NCBI GenBank assembly: GCA_037379345.1
Contig: CM074524.1
Span: forward strand, 22,130,750-22,194,749
DNA length: 64,000 nucleotides
From: Perna viridis
Taxonomy: Eukaryota
Direction: 5' to 3'
Shown here: in pieces, positions 62,101 to 64,000 of the stretch
How the letters are laid out: every line of letters starts with the position of its first letter
Position numbering within the stretch: position 1 is the first letter of the stretch
Translations under genes and position numbers: made by a program
Notes under the pieces: generated by a model
Told to the model about the DNA's origin: nothing
Seen by the model: only the letters and a program-made list of their open reading frames with translations
The model's database searches: none

Positions 62101-63369
62101 TTTTCATAATTGTCATTTCCTGATCTGACAGCCAATACAATTTCATCACTTCGACAGTTTGTAAACATTTAGCTAATGTGGAAACTGCAAAGCAGGCAAT
62201 TAGTTAATGATTTTGTCATTTTTATTTTATGTACGAAATTGGATGAATCTCATACATATGTGCTTTGTTTCTGTACTAGAGGCACTAGAAAAAACCAACA
62301 TAGCGACTGATTTTAAGAGTAATTTGGTACTCGACCTTTCAATGTTGCTCAGATAATATCTACATTTCTGCATAGCAATAATATGGCGGAGTAAAACCTG
62401 TTATCTGCATAAATGGATGTAATATGATTCCCTTAGAGTGGAAGATAAAACGGCATCTAAGCTTCATACTGAATACATCGAGATCACTAATTAAGTGGAT
62501 TTTCCCACCTTATTGAAGGGGCATTTATATTGTATGAATTTTAACCCGTTAGATAAGAGAAAGTAATCATATTAATTTTTTTGCTCGAACTAGTTAATTC
62601 CCGAATTCCCGTTAAAGCCTTGATGCATGGCAAGTTTATCTGATGGCTGAGTCTGTTGAATCGCCTAGCCAATTCTGTGATCACATAGAAGTGACTTGCA
62701 TGGGTGTATTTGGAAGCAACGCTGACTTGAAAATCCCAGTTGGCTGGTTTATTTCAATTAGTTTATGTTTCATGATTTATTAAGTACAATCGTGTTCAAA
62801 CATAAAGAATTTATTTTATAACATAATTGATGATTGTAATAAATGACCGCCTAAAATTCCATCATCATGAAACATTTTGGCGAATGTTTTAAAAATGTGA
62901 TTTGATATTTGGAAAAACGATTATGGCAGTGGCATCATAAGAACAATAATCATTATATCCTATCAGGCTTACTTTGCTTATAATGCGAGCAAACTCATAA
63001 GAATTTAATCCGCATGAACGATCGTTGAAGTGGTATCAAAAGAACAATAATATTATTTCTGTAATTAACCTGCTCTGCTTAAACTGCAAACAACTTCTCC
63101 AGAAGAAATCCACATACACGACAAATAGTACATAGTTGACTGTTTCGATAATGGTAAATGAACCAATCAGATCTTTTCATAGGAATGTTTAAACACGCCT
63201 ACCGGCACCTCTTGGTTTGCGTTAGACAGTAGTATCGTAGCGCTCCTTTTGTTTAATAACAAAAAAGATTCAATGTACGAAAAACAAATAGAAAAGAGTT
63301 AAAGAAAGGCATGGAAATAAAATTGCTAGGAAACGTAATGTGGTGAAATACAAGGTAGAACAGGCTTAA

Positions 63370-64000
63370 CAGCTTGTTTTAAACCTTTCTAACAAAATTC
63401 TTACGGACTATGAATATTTACTTCTATCAAAGGGTTTGAAATGCATACCCTTCCCTTCTAATAGGAGGGCTAACATGAATTCATTGAAGATATTGATGAA
63501 TTCTCTAGAAAAAAAGATACATTTAATTATTTTATTCTTCAATGAGTCACCTCCACCCTTTTGAAAAGAATAGAGGGTATAAACCTCCAATCAGTTGCGA
63601 TGTAATTGAAAATAACTTTTTCAATTCAAAACACGAGCTTTTATCAATGCAAACCCGAAAATTTAGAAACATGCATATTCTTTCATTCTTCCAGAAATTG
63701 AATTTGAGTGACATCGATGATGTTATGAAGAGTGGTGTAGCCCTCTGATACATGTAAGACCACCCACTAGGCCCATCACCGAATTTATAGCTCGATATTT
63801 TGATTATTTTTTGTACCTAGAATTCAAAAACAGAACACATACATTAGAGATTCTCCTGACCTCATACACAAAGAAGGGGTAAAAAAAAATTGTTATGCAG
63901 CTTTGATTTAAACTTTATGCTCCTTCTACAGTAAACATGAATATTTTGCTCCTACTAATATTCATGAATATGACAATACAACTACACTTTTCCGAGAATT
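63370..64000 (+). mobile_element. Degenerate Penelope-like ORF N-terminal region, running off the window
   Basis: VLNLSNKILTDYEYLLLSKGLKCIP and TYIRDSPDLI motifs. Confidence 0.7.

Overview
AT-rich, repeat-dense eukaryotic DNA. The repeat families suggest a bivalve mollusc, but that assignment is inference. The left 25 kb holds 15 plus-strand coding exons of glutamate-cysteine ligase catalytic subunit (GCLC); the first coding exon lies upstream of the window. GCLC splice junctions have been duplicated locally several times. One case is a 7-copy array of the active-site exon end plus its donor, in which the 118-bp unit parses as a 51-nt in-frame exon plus a 67-nt GT-AG intron. Another is a 54-bp in-frame duplicated acceptor. 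A KolobokP-like element with 467-bp terminal direct repeats sits in a GCLC intron. At 37.5-43.7 kb is a complete 5-exon gene for a ~227-aa secreted protein consisting of a single NIDO domain; the ORF track does not assemble it. An orphan C-type lectin half-domain exon follows. The rest is Penelope-like retroelement debris (about 11 copies of one structured 3' tail), Helentron-type elements, MITEs and LTR-like remnants. CpG is visibly depleted over the GCLC body relative to the downstream region. All calls come from manual reading; no database searches were run.
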